Assembly (NCBI GenBank): GCA_905373275.1
Contig: CAJPSI010000001.1
Span: 1-45,009, forward strand
Reading direction: 5' to 3'
DNA: 45,009 nucleotides
Source: Candidatus Saccharibacteria bacterium UBA1103
Lineage (GTDB): Bacteria > Patescibacteriota > Saccharimonadia > Saccharimonadales > Saccharimonadaceae
Position numbers and translations under genes: made by a program. Position 1 is the first letter of the stretch. Every line of letters begins with the position of its first letter. Below are positions 7,844 through 17,569 of this stretch, in pieces. Below the pieces are notes generated by a model. It ran no database searches and was not told the origin of the DNA. It saw only the letters and a list, made by a program, of their open reading frames with translations.

Positions 7844-7872
7844 ATACTAGCAAGCGTGAACAAAAATGTCAA
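7844..7872 (-). promoter_or_regulatory. sigma70 promoter of the NYN gene, TTGACA-N17-TAGTAT
   Basis: -35 at 7872-7867, extended TG, -10 at 7849-7844. Confidence 0.65.
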
Positions 7873-7898
7873 TGCCTTATCGCTTAAGTGTCGGACAT

Positions 7899-8366
7899 TC
7901 AGCGAGCTAGTACCGGGTCGGTGAGTTTGAGCTGGCGGGCTCGATTCGCCCAGTGGTCAGCCAGCTCATTCAGCTCCGTACCGGCATGCCCCCTAGTCCA
8001 GACCAGCTCCGCCCGTGACTCCTGATAGAGCCGGTATAGCTCGGTGACCAGATCAAGATTCTTAATCTCTCCACCGGACTTGCGCCAACCCTTTGCCTGC
8101 CAACTCGGTGCCCACTTGGTCGCCACATTGATCCAGAATTGGCTGTCGGTGACGATCCGGCACGGCTTGCCGTCGGCATCTCTCAGAGCGGCGATGATTG
8201 CCCTCGCCTCCATGCGAATATTGGTCGTTTGGTTGCTGCTAATCGGTGACCCCGTTGCCTCCCCGCCGATCAGGTACGGCTGACCGTCTTTGATCACGGC
8301 GAAGCCACCCTGCCCCGGGTTAGGCACAGCGCTACCGTCGGTAAAATAGTTCGTCGGGCTAGGCAT
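7899..8366 (-). CDS. rnhA: Ribonuclease HI
   Basis: Motifs FTDGSAVPNPGQGG, TTNIRME, IVTDSQ, WQAKGWRK, IKNLDL, WTRGHAG, NELADHWA. Start moved to ATG 8366. Confidence 0.95.
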   Translation of the reverse strand: MPSPTNYFTDGSAVPNPGQGGFAVIKDGQPYLIGGEATGSPISSNQTTNIRMEARAIIAALRDADGKPCRIVTDSQFWINVATKWAPSWQAKGWRKSGGEIKNLDLVTELYRLYQESRAELVWTRGHAGTELNELADHWANRARQLKLTDPVLAR

Positions 8367-8370
8367 CGTA

Positions 8371-10314
8371 TTACCAGTCACTACCGCCGCCGCCGCCTGA
8401 GCCGCCACCCGAGAAGCCACCGCCGCCGTCGGAACTACCGCCCGAATAGCCGCTACTGGAGAAGCCGCCGCTATTAGAATCAGGTGATGAGGCTATGCTG
8501 GCTGACATCTCAGATAAGCCGTCGGTGACGAAGTCCGCCATAGTGCTGTAGCTAAATGTCTCGCTCGAGTCATACCAATCGGCCGGCTGGAGAGATATCC
8601 CTTCAAACTTGTCGACCCATTTCTTATGTACGCCCAGGACGTAGGCGTAAGGTATGACGTCGTAGAAAAGAGTCGGCGTCTCGGTTAAGAGTGCCTCCAA
8701 GCGAGGCTTATCGACTATCTCGATAAACTCCTTAAAGCCCATGATCTCGCCCTTGATCCGGTAGCCGTCTTTAGTTCTGGGTTTGATGCTACCGGTGAGG
8801 CGGGCGCCAATGGTCAAGATAGTTATCGCTACGGTGGTGACGGCGATGATGGGTCGCTTATGGGCGAACAAACCGATGGCGAAGACCGGTACTAAGAAGA
8901 TCAGGATGCCGAACCCCTTTGAAATCATGGCACTAATCTGCCAATCGGTTGGCTGAAGCATCAGAGCCATCGGTACGATCAAGAGCGAGAGACTGCCCAG
9001 TAGTAGCATCAGTGCTTTTTCGGGATTGTCTTCCAGAGTAGTGGCAAAGCAAGCACAAGCCAGGATAATAGCCATAGCGACTACTCGGCCGAGACGTAGC
9101 AGTGTCTTAGTCGGGTTCTTCTTAGTGAAGAGTTCGGTCTTGAGCCGACCTCGGCTGATAGTGGAGATAGTGGCATAGACGGTAGTATAAAACTCCCCTT
9201 CCAGCTCCGCCTTAGCTACCTTGTCGGGGTGATCATTATTAAATAGTCCATTCATAAAGATCCGCTCCGACTCATTCTGACCATCATAATCTTTTAGCTT
9301 AGTCAGAGTGAAGTTCTCACCATCAATGTCAATCGTCAGATAACCCTTATTGGCCAAGTAGACTACCATCGAGGCGGCATGCTTCCTCTTAATCTCACCC
9401 TTGTCGGCGAAGGCGACCTCGAGACTATTTAGCCCGCCTGGGGCGGTATACTGAACAACCGGAGTAATCTTGTACTTCTCCTGAGTCACGACAAAGATAG
9501 AGGCGATCAGCGTGATGACACTGACGACGATCGGTATGACGAAGACATACTTAGCTAAGAAGACCCGGAAAGGATCTTCCTTAAAGTAGCCCTGTGGCAA
9601 CTCCAGTCTGATTGTTAATGCTTGCTCGGCAGCCAGTGGAGCGGTGGTATGGCCGGTAATCTCCTTGCCTTTGACACTATACTCGACGATATCGCTGCCG
9701 CTACGCATACCATAAGCACCGGTCGAGAAGCCCGGCTTACCGTTGAACTCCTCGGGCATGGTGATATGGAAATCAACCTTAGTGATGCCGGTGTTCCAGT
9801 CGGCACCGATGATATTAAAGTAGAACTCGTCAGCCCGGCTTAGCTGGTCGGTGCCGAGATCATAGTCATAGCTGAGACGATAGGTCTCATTGGTCTTGGC
9901 ATAGGCGTTAGGATCACCTATCTTGATGTTGGTGAAGTTACTGCTCTCGCTGGTGGTGAAACGGTGGCTTAGTACTTTGAGGTTGCTGATCTTGGCGTTG
10001 ACGGTCGACTTGGAGCCGTCCATCCTGGCGACGTGGTTGACTTTGGCCAGGCTACGGACGATGCCATGGCGCTGTTGGTGAAAAGTGGCTTTGATCGTTT
10101 CCTCAATATGGAGCCGGTTAAACTGATTGACCGTGATATCGACATCGTAGTTATCAATGGTATACGCCGGAGCGGCGGCTGAAGTCCGGTTGCTGCTTGA
10201 GCCACTCATGTCCAGGGTCCCGGTGGCGCCGGCCGGGCTAGCCATGGTCACGATAGATACCACCGTGAGAACGATGATTAGGCTAAATAGCTTGATTCGC
10301 TGCAACAATCTCAT
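8371..10314 (-). CDS. DUF2207 family membrane protein (paralog 3)
   Basis: Signal peptide, RHGIVR, EFYFNIIGADW, TM segments, FYDVIPYAYVLGV and a Gly-rich tail GGGSGGGGGSDW; SD AAGGAGG. Confidence 0.9.
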   Translation of the reverse strand: MRLLQRIKLFSLIIVLTVVSIVTMASPAGATGTLDMSGSSSNRTSAAAPAYTIDNYDVDITVNQFNRLHIEETIKATFHQQRHGIVRSLAKVNHVARMDGSKSTVNAKISNLKVLSHRFTTSESSNFTNIKIGDPNAYAKTNETYRLSYDYDLGTDQLSRADEFYFNIIGADWNTGITKVDFHITMPEEFNGKPGFSTGAYGMRSGSDIVEYSVKGKEITGHTTAPLAAEQALTIRLELPQGYFKEDPFRVFLAKYVFVIPIVVSVITLIASIFVVTQEKYKITPVVQYTAPGGLNSLEVAFADKGEIKRKHAASMVVYLANKGYLTIDIDGENFTLTKLKDYDGQNESERIFMNGLFNNDHPDKVAKAELEGEFYTTVYATISTISRGRLKTELFTKKNPTKTLLRLGRVVAMAIILACACFATTLEDNPEKALMLLLGSLSLLIVPMALMLQPTDWQISAMISKGFGILIFLVPVFAIGLFAHKRPIIAVTTVAITILTIGARLTGSIKPRTKDGYRIKGEIMGFKEFIEIVDKPRLEALLTETPTLFYDVIPYAYVLGVHKKWVDKFEGISLQPADWYDSSETFSYSTMADFVTDGLSEMSASIASSPDSNSGGFSSSGYSGGSSDGGGGFSGGGSGGGGGSDW

Positions 10315-10359
10315 ACTTTCCTCCTTAAGGTCATTATACGCTTAACCAGCCGAGTCTGC

Positions 10360-12468
10360 TTACCAGTCACTACCGCCACCACCGCCTGAGCCACCACCCG
10401 AGAAGCCACCACCACCCGAGCTATTGCTGAAGGAATCTGTCATTAGGTCTACCACGGAGGAGAAGCCACTGAAGCTGGCCGACATTCCGGCTAGCCCTTC
10501 GGTGACGAAGCCTGCCATGACACCGTAGCTGAAGGCTTCGCTCGAGCTGTACCAGTCTGCCGGCTGGAGGGCTATCCCCTCAAACTTATCGACCCATTTC
10601 TTATGTACGTCCAGGACGTAGGCGTAAGGGATAATGTCATAAAAGAGGGTCGGTGTCTCAGCTAGGAGTGCCTCCAGGCGAGGCTTATCAACCGTCTCGA
10701 TAAACTCCTTAAAGCCCATGATCTCGCCCTTAACCCGGTAGCCGTCCTCGGTCCTGGTGATGACATCTCGGGTGATGTAGGCACCGATCATGATAAAGAT
10801 TGATGATATGCCGGTGACTATGGCTGTCGGATATCGGAAGTACAATGCCTGTAAGACGACAGCAGGGGTGATGGCGACGATGATGCATAATATCTTGGTA
10901 AATACCGGACTGAACTGCTTAGTAGTTGGCTGCAATACGAAGAACAGGGGGAAGACTGTGAAGGCGATAATAAAAGCCATGCTACCCAGTGCTTCGCTGG
11001 GGTTTTGCTCCAGCAAGGTGGCCAGGCCGGCGCAAATCAGCAGGATGGCGATGGCAACCCATTGGATCACCTTGAGGATAGTCTTGACTCGGTTGTGCTT
11101 CTCGAAATACTTAGTTTTCAGCCGGCCTCGACTGATAGTCAGAATCGCAGCAGATACGGTCTTATAAAACTCCCCTTCCAGCTCCGCCTTAGCTACCTTG
11201 TCGGGGTGATCATTATTAAATAGTCCATTCATAAAGATCCGCTCCGACTCATTCTGACCATCATAATCTTTCAGCTTAGTCAGAGTGAAGTTCTCACCAT
11301 CAATGTCAATGGTTAGATACCCCTTATTAGCCAGGTAGACTACCATCGAGGCGGCACTCCTGTGCGGAATGGTATTGTCGTTAGCGAAGACAAGCTCGAG
11401 GCTATTCAGTCCGTCGGGAGCGGTGTATTGGACGACCGGAGTGGACTTACTCTTTTCCTTCCTCAGGATCATGATCGAAAGCGCTAGGGCAATGATGCCG
11501 GTGATCACCGGCACGACGAAGACGAGCTTGGCTATCGTCGTCTTGACCGGATCCAGCTTGAAATAGCCCTGCGGCAATTCCAGCCGGATGGTCAGCGCCT
11601 CGCCGGCGAGTAGCCTGCCGGTGGTATGGCCGGTGATTACCCGGCCGTTGACATGATACTTGACGATGTCACTGCCGCTACGTTCGCCGTAAGAGCCGGT
11701 CGAGAAGCCGGGCTTCTTGCTGAACTTATCGGGCATAGTGATGCGGAAGGTAGCTTTCTTGATATTGGTATTCCAGCCGGTACCAATGATATTAAAGTAA
11801 AATTCATCGCTACTGCTGAGTGGATCAGTCCCCAGATCGTAGTCGTAGCTGAGGCGATAGGTCTCGTGACGCTTGGCATAGGTGAGAGAACTGCCAAGCT
11901 TGATGGAGGTGCTGTCACCACCTTCCCGAACGGCGGAGCTGTGGCTAGATACTTTGATATTACTAATGATGGCGTAGACGGTTGATTTCGAGCCATCAAC
12001 TCTGGCTACGTGGTTAACCTTGTTGATAGTGCGAATGATGCCATGGCGATACTTATTGAAGGTGGCCTTGATCGTCTCCTCGATATGGAGCTTGTTGTAT
12101 TTATCTACCGTAGCCTTGACATCGTAAGCATCAATGACGTAAGGGTCAACATCGCTTGACTCGTCGTCGGATATCTCATCATCGGGCACCTTAGCGTCGT
12201 TGCGGCTGGTGGTCGGCTGAGCCGGCTCGACTGACGACTGATCGGAAGTCGGGGTGCCGGGGGCGGTCGTGCTTGTCGTATGTCCCGTCGGCGAATAGGA
12301 CGATGAGCTGGATGGATCAGGCGAACCGGGGCTAGTCTGTTGGTACTGCCCACTAGCGGGCCGGCTCGCTATGCTATTGGCACTAGCCGGACCGGGCGTG
12401 ATGACGGTGGTCGCTATCGTCAGAACGAGCACCAAGATTAGTGTAGTGATTCGTCGTAGTAATCTCAT
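10360..12468 (-). CDS. DUF2207 family membrane protein (paralog 2) with Ser/Thr/Pro-rich N-terminal linker
   Basis: Same motifs as paralog 3. Start moved to MRLLRR (12468; 12474 also possible). Confidence 0.9.
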   Translation of the reverse strand: MRLLRRITTLILVLVLTIATTVITPGPASANSIASRPASGQYQQTSPGSPDPSSSSSYSPTGHTTSTTAPGTPTSDQSSVEPAQPTTSRNDAKVPDDEISDDESSDVDPYVIDAYDVKATVDKYNKLHIEETIKATFNKYRHGIIRTINKVNHVARVDGSKSTVYAIISNIKVSSHSSAVREGGDSTSIKLGSSLTYAKRHETYRLSYDYDLGTDPLSSSDEFYFNIIGTGWNTNIKKATFRITMPDKFSKKPGFSTGSYGERSGSDIVKYHVNGRVITGHTTGRLLAGEALTIRLELPQGYFKLDPVKTTIAKLVFVVPVITGIIALALSIMILRKEKSKSTPVVQYTAPDGLNSLELVFANDNTIPHRSAASMVVYLANKGYLTIDIDGENFTLTKLKDYDGQNESERIFMNGLFNNDHPDKVAKAELEGEFYKTVSAAILTISRGRLKTKYFEKHNRVKTILKVIQWVAIAILLICAGLATLLEQNPSEALGSMAFIIAFTVFPLFFVLQPTTKQFSPVFTKILCIIVAITPAVVLQALYFRYPTAIVTGISSIFIMIGAYITRDVITRTEDGYRVKGEIMGFKEFIETVDKPRLEALLAETPTLFYDIIPYAYVLDVHKKWVDKFEGIALQPADWYSSSEAFSYGVMAGFVTEGLAGMSASFSGFSSVVDLMTDSFSNSSGGGGFSGGGSGGGGGSDW

Positions 12469-12517
12469 CTTCATTCCCTTATATTTTATTTTAAGCGTTA
12501 GACCGGTCGGAGTGACT

Positions 12518-14578
12518 TTACCAGCTACCACCGCCTCCTCCACCGACACCACCGCCGGCAAAACCTCCGCCACCGCCGATGGCAGCGCCACCGGAGGGGG
12601 TAGCCCCCATGCTGGTAGCCAGGGCGGGCATACCATGATCCATGAAGCTGACTACGCTGGCGTAATTGTACGCTCCGGCTACATCGCACCAGTCGGCAGG
12701 CTGGACGGCGATACCCTCGAATTGGCTAACCCAAGCCTTGGAGACACCCAGAGCATAGGCGTACGGCAGGATGTGGTAGAAGAGCTGCGGATCCTGCTCG
12801 ACCATCGCTTCGATGCGTGGCTTGTCAACCGTCTCGATGAACTCCTTAAAGCCCATGATCTCGCCTTTCAGCTTGTAGCCTGCCTCGGTACGATGATAGA
12901 CCGGGCTAGCGATCGCACTGGCGATGGTGATCAAGCTGGCTGAGATAGCGCAACAGATCATCAGCGGGACGCTATTGAAGTAGTCACACCACAAGAAGAC
13001 GGAAGCATTGACGAATACGAGCGACAGTATAGTCACTCCGACGGCCGACCACTTCTTGCCGTTATTGACCGTTGCGATACTGCTGAAGATAATGGCGGAT
13101 ATGACGAAGAGGCTCGAATAGAGCATATTCTCCTCGACTACGCCAACCGCAGCGATCACCCCCAGCAGGGCGCCAATGAGAAGGGCGACGAAAGCACAGA
13201 TCTTAACGATCAGCAGTTTAGCACGCAGCGGGTCTTTCTCGCCGAAATAGCGCTTCTTGACTTCGCTATCCTTACTAGCGCTGATAATGGCGTTGACGGT
13301 GGTGTAAAATTGATTGCTCAGCTGCTTGCTGGTGACACTGTCGGGATGCTTGCTATTAAACAGCCCCGTCATGAACTCTTTTTCCGCCTCATTTTTGCCA
13401 TCATAATCCTTGAGCTTGGTCAGTGTGAAGTCACGCTTCGCCTTCTTGTCCTTGGTACTGATCTTGATATAGCCTTTGTCGGCCAGGTAAATCAAGAGCG
13501 AGACGACGTCTTGGCTGATGTTAACGCCCCGGTCAACTAAGGCCACCTCGAGACTGTTCAGTCCGGCCGGCGGCTCGTACTGCACCACCGGTGTGACCTT
13601 GTAGCGCTCTTGGCGACGCTTGATGATAGCGATGATGAAGTAAGCCGCACCGGCCAGCACCATCAGAATCATGCCGATTACCCCCAGGGCATCTCGGCTA
13701 TGATCAATCTCGAAATAGCCTTCCGGCAAGGTCAATCGGATGGTCAAAGCTTCTCTCGGGTTGAGCGCCTCGGTCGTCTCACCGATAATGCTATCACCCG
13801 AGATGGCATACCTGCCGATATTGGTGCCCGAACTGCCGTAGTGCCCTGACGAAAAGCCGGGTTTGCTATCAAAGCTCTTGGGTAGGGTGATCTCGAATGT
13901 GACGTGCTGGATCACAGTCTCCCAGTTGGTGCCGATGATATTAAAGTAGAGCTCGTCGGCATTCTCAAGGGTGTCATGACCGATATCGTAATCGTAGCTA
14001 ATCCGGTAGGTCTCGTGCTTGTCGGCGTTGCGGTGACTATCGCCGAGGCGAAGCTTGGTCAGACCACCTGATCGCTTAGTCTCGAACTGATGTGTGGGCA
14101 CTCGGAGGTTGGTAACGATAGCGTTGATTCTGGCGGCTGAACCGTCGGATCGCCGTATATAGTTGACATTTTGGATACTGCGAAAGATGCCGTGGCGTGA
14201 CTGATTAAAAGTGACCTCGATGGTCTCGTCAATATGATACTTATTATACCTATTGACGCTGACCTTGACGTCGTAGTTATTGATGACGTAGGGGTATCTG
14301 AGCAGAGTCGGGTCGTCTTGGCGGGTGCTGGAGCCGGTCGGGGCGCTGCTATCGGAGCTAAGGTTGCCGGAGCGGCTACCGGTACCGGCGGGGCTATCGC
14401 CTTCTTGTCCGGCTGAGACGCTGCTTTGGCTGTTCGCCCGCTCAATGACCTGGTTAATCTGGCTATCCAGATTGTCGGCGGGGGCAGCCTGGGCCGTCAG
14501 TCCGGTCGAAGATAAAACGAGTGCTAAAACGACGACTGACTTGACTATCGCTCCTAAGATCTTGCGGACTTTTCTCAT
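12518..14578 (-). CDS. DUF2207 family membrane protein (paralog 1)
   Basis: RHGIFR, ELYFNIIGTNW, FYHILPYAYALGV, GGGGGGSW tail. Start MRKVRK at 14578 after SD GAAGGAGG. Confidence 0.9.
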   Translation of the reverse strand: MRKVRKILGAIVKSVVVLALVLSSTGLTAQAAPADNLDSQINQVIERANSQSSVSAGQEGDSPAGTGSRSGNLSSDSSAPTGSSTRQDDPTLLRYPYVINNYDVKVSVNRYNKYHIDETIEVTFNQSRHGIFRSIQNVNYIRRSDGSAARINAIVTNLRVPTHQFETKRSGGLTKLRLGDSHRNADKHETYRISYDYDIGHDTLENADELYFNIIGTNWETVIQHVTFEITLPKSFDSKPGFSSGHYGSSGTNIGRYAISGDSIIGETTEALNPREALTIRLTLPEGYFEIDHSRDALGVIGMILMVLAGAAYFIIAIIKRRQERYKVTPVVQYEPPAGLNSLEVALVDRGVNISQDVVSLLIYLADKGYIKISTKDKKAKRDFTLTKLKDYDGKNEAEKEFMTGLFNSKHPDSVTSKQLSNQFYTTVNAIISASKDSEVKKRYFGEKDPLRAKLLIVKICAFVALLIGALLGVIAAVGVVEENMLYSSLFVISAIIFSSIATVNNGKKWSAVGVTILSLVFVNASVFLWCDYFNSVPLMICCAISASLITIASAIASPVYHRTEAGYKLKGEIMGFKEFIETVDKPRIEAMVEQDPQLFYHILPYAYALGVSKAWVSQFEGIAVQPADWCDVAGAYNYASVVSFMDHGMPALATSMGATPSGGAAIGGGGGFAGGGVGGGGGGSW

Positions 14579-14588
14579 CTTCCCTCCT

Positions 14589-15989
14589 TCATAGTGTCTT
14601 GCGCTTATTGCCGGACTTCTTATCAATAACCAGTTTACCATTAGCCAGGCGTTCTCGGTTAGCTTTGATCTGCTTCTCATCTCGGAAGCTGAACTTGATA
14701 GCGGTGCCGTTAAAGCCGAAGCTCTCTCGCCAGCAATTCTCCAGATAGCGTTTGTACGACCAGTGAATAAACTTAAGGTTGCTGCCGTAAATGACAAACC
14801 AAGGCGGATTCACGTCGGTTTGGACGGCGTAGCGCAGACGAGGATGAGTGTTCTTCAGTCCTGCCGGCTTGTGCTTGGCGATGGCTTGGTGTAGGCAGTC
14901 GTTAAGCTGACCGGTCGGGACGGTGCGCCGACGCTCGGCGTCGATAGACAAGATCAGATCATAGATCTTAGCTACATTTTGTCCGGTCGTCGACGAGGTA
15001 AAGATGAGCGGTGCCCATGAGGCAAAATCAAAGGTGCGACTGATGCCGGGGGCTAGAGCATCTCTAGTGTAGGCATCCTTGCCGATGACAGAGTCCCATT
15101 TACTGACGACTATCACTAGACCCTTGCCGGCGTCGATAATCTGCCCGGCTAACCTGGCGTCAAGCGAGGTGTTGAGCTCATTTACATCCATCAGTAGCAG
15201 GCAAATATCCGCCTCTTCAATGGCACTGGCGGTGCGGAGGACACTGAACTGCTCAATCCCCTGCTCTACCTTGCCTTTGCGCCGTACTCCGGCGGTGTCA
15301 AGCAACTCAATGGTCTTGCCGTGATAGCGTACTTCGACTCGGTTAATATCCCTCGTGGTGCCGGCGACATTAGCGACGACCGCCTGCTGTTTGCCGGCTA
15401 GAGTGTTAAAGAGGTACGATTTGCCGGCGTTGGGACGACCGATCAGGGCAACCTTGATTTGCTCATCGGCTGCTCTAGCGTGAACGTGAGGAATATGGCT
15501 GATGATAAAGCGTTCCAGCCGGTCGATATGCCGGTTATGCTCAGCGCTCACCGGGGTAATGTCTTTGATGCCGAGGCAGAGATAATTCTCCGGAGGGAAA
15601 TGCTCGGCGATGTCGATCTTATTGGGGACCAGCACCACCGGCTTGGTCGAGCGCAGAATCTGCTTGGCCAGCTTACGATCATCGGCGGTAGCATCCTCGG
15701 TCGAGTCCTTAATTAGTAGGATTAGGTCAGCCGAGGTAATAGCATCAGCCACCTGGTCTTGGATGCTTGCCTCGAAATCATCAGCGGGGTCATCTTTTAA
15801 CCCGGCAGTATCGACCAAGATAAAAGACCCCTGCGACCGGTCAATCCGGCGGTAAATTGAGTCACGAGTAGTGCCGGCTTCTCGAGCCACCACAGCATCA
15901 CGCCGACCGATTAGTCGGTTAAAGAGCGACGACTTGCCGGCATTGGTTCGCCCCACCAGGGCGACGATTGGCAACTTACGACCAGACAT
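14589..15989 (-). CDS. der: Ribosome biogenesis GTPase Der (EngA)
   Basis: Two tandem G domains (GRTNAGKS/TTRD/DTAG/NKID and GRPNAGKS/TTRD/DTAG/SKWD) plus a KH-like C-terminus. Confidence 0.97.
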   Translation of the reverse strand: MSGRKLPIVALVGRTNAGKSSLFNRLIGRRDAVVAREAGTTRDSIYRRIDRSQGSFILVDTAGLKDDPADDFEASIQDQVADAITSADLILLIKDSTEDATADDRKLAKQILRSTKPVVLVPNKIDIAEHFPPENYLCLGIKDITPVSAEHNRHIDRLERFIISHIPHVHARAADEQIKVALIGRPNAGKSYLFNTLAGKQQAVVANVAGTTRDINRVEVRYHGKTIELLDTAGVRRKGKVEQGIEQFSVLRTASAIEEADICLLLMDVNELNTSLDARLAGQIIDAGKGLVIVVSKWDSVIGKDAYTRDALAPGISRTFDFASWAPLIFTSSTTGQNVAKIYDLILSIDAERRRTVPTGQLNDCLHQAIAKHKPAGLKNTHPRLRYAVQTDVNPPWFVIYGSNLKFIHWSYKRYLENCWRESFGFNGTAIKFSFRDEKQIKANRERLANGKLVIDKKSGNKRKTL

Positions 15990-16050
15990 ATACTTAATTT
16001 TATCACGGGGTGACTCTTCAGCTAAGGATCAGGCTTGGGTGCTCCTACAG

Positions 16051-17472
16051 CTAGAGACTCTTAACGATACTGCGGAGCTGATTGCTATCCATCAAGTCAC
16101 TACCGTCGATGGTGTAGCGCATGTCGCCGGCCAGCCAAGTGGCTTTATTGCCATAGAGTAGGACTGTCTTGCCGTTGACGTCCATCTCTTGGTAGCTACC
16201 GCCGTTCTGACGAGAGACATTGAGGCGTAAGGCATAATCAGTGGTTGACTTATCGCTTTCCTGAGTCACTGAATAGCCACCATTGCCGCTGGCACTCTTG
16301 TAGCTGATGGTTACTTTGCCTGGCTGAGCGGCGATATTGTTGTCCAGGCTATAGCCGCTCAGAGCGTAGGGGTTCTTAGCGTTGATGCCGGCTCGACCGG
16401 CTGCCAACTTGACAGATATGGTCGGCAAGGAGATGTAGACACCCAGCCCGACGATGATTGCCATCGCTCCGGCCGTCGCCATGATGGTGGAGAAGCGGAA
16501 ACGATGCTTCTTTGGCTGACCAAGGCGACGCTTGGTCGCAGTCCGGTCTTGTTGATCCAGCTCATTGCTGGCCTGGAGAATCTTGGTCAGCTGGTCGATT
16601 CGATCATCCATCAGGTCGTCATAGTCGGTTGGAGCTAACTTGCTGAGATTGAGTGCCGATTGGTCGTCGGTAGCACTCTCGCCCTTAGTATCTTTGGAGG
16701 TGGTAGTGCTCGGAGTTGGCTGACTACTATGGCTGCTCTTCTTAGTAAGTGCCTTTAGGTTGGTTGCCTGACTCTTGGTCAAGACGGGGGTGAAGTCGCT
16801 CTCGGTGGTGGCGATCACTTCGTCAATAGTCTCGTCGGGGATATCGTTGACCGACCTGGCTGACTCAATGATGGCACTGGCTTTGACCTGCTTAATGTGT
16901 CGTACGGCGATCGACTCGGCGTACTCGCCTGTCTCCCGCAGAGGCTTCCTGACAAAACGACGGTTCAGAGTGCGGGAGGCCTGGATAATTCGTCGGGCGG
17001 ACTTGAGCCGGAGCGGCGAATGCACCACGGCGGGGCTGGCGGCAGCCACTACCTGCTCCGCCTTCTCTATCTCCACCTGCTCTGCCCTGCTGTCAGTAGC
17101 CTCGTCGTCAGCCGGTGTGAATAGCTCTACATAATCAGCCAAGCGGTCGCTTGCCTGCTCGGCGCTGCCCGGCTCGGAAGCTTTAGCGATGTCGGGCTGA
17201 GCCTTGACTTGACGGACGGCGATGGTCTCGCCGGCGTCACCCTCTACTTGACTATCTTCGCTACTACTGTCAATGTAGCTACCAACCCAGACCGGCGGAG
17301 TATCATCTACCTTAGGTTTAACCTGACTTACCCGATCTGCTTTATTAGTTCGGTTCGTTCGGTTCAGCCGGTCAGTCTCGGATGAAGCTAGCTCCAGCTC
17401 GTCTCGCCGATCAGATAGCATCAGCCCCGTAACCGAGTCGTAGCGCTTGCCATTAATAATTACTATCCCCAT
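16051..17472 (-). CDS. Hypothetical single-pass membrane protein with long disordered N-terminal region and small extracellular C-terminal domain (DUF4367-like)
   Basis: Likely start MGIVIINGKRYDSVTG (17472). One TM (IMATAGAMAIIVGLGVYI); C-terminus ends ATWLAGDMRYTIDG...LRSIVKSL. Confidence 0.7.
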   Translation of the reverse strand: MGIVIINGKRYDSVTGLMLSDRRDELELASSETDRLNRTNRTNKADRVSQVKPKVDDTPPVWVGSYIDSSSEDSQVEGDAGETIAVRQVKAQPDIAKASEPGSAEQASDRLADYVELFTPADDEATDSRAEQVEIEKAEQVVAAASPAVVHSPLRLKSARRIIQASRTLNRRFVRKPLRETGEYAESIAVRHIKQVKASAIIESARSVNDIPDETIDEVIATTESDFTPVLTKSQATNLKALTKKSSHSSQPTPSTTTSKDTKGESATDDQSALNLSKLAPTDYDDLMDDRIDQLTKILQASNELDQQDRTATKRRLGQPKKHRFRFSTIMATAGAMAIIVGLGVYISLPTISVKLAAGRAGINAKNPYALSGYSLDNNIAAQPGKVTISYKSASGNGGYSVTQESDKSTTDYALRLNVSRQNGGSYQEMDVNGKTVLLYGNKATWLAGDMRYTIDGSDLMDSNQLRSIVKSL

Positions 17473-17569
17473 ATCCCTCTCTTTCCTAACATGTATCTTA
17501 CCGATTATGGCTATAAAGTTCAAGTGCCTTGTTGACCGGCACGAGTATAAAGGGTAACTAGTCAGCTAG

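Noticed and set aside
8371..12600. CCGCCA/CCGCCG-type short repeats at about 8375-8470, 10365-10420 and 12520-12600
   Set aside because: They encode the normal Gly-rich C-terminal tails of DUF2207 proteins
12469..14797. Long N-terminal extensions and overlaps of DUF2207 ORFs in the track (starts 12636 and 14797)
   Set aside because: They overlap upstream genes; signal peptides and SD motifs support starts at 12468 and 14578
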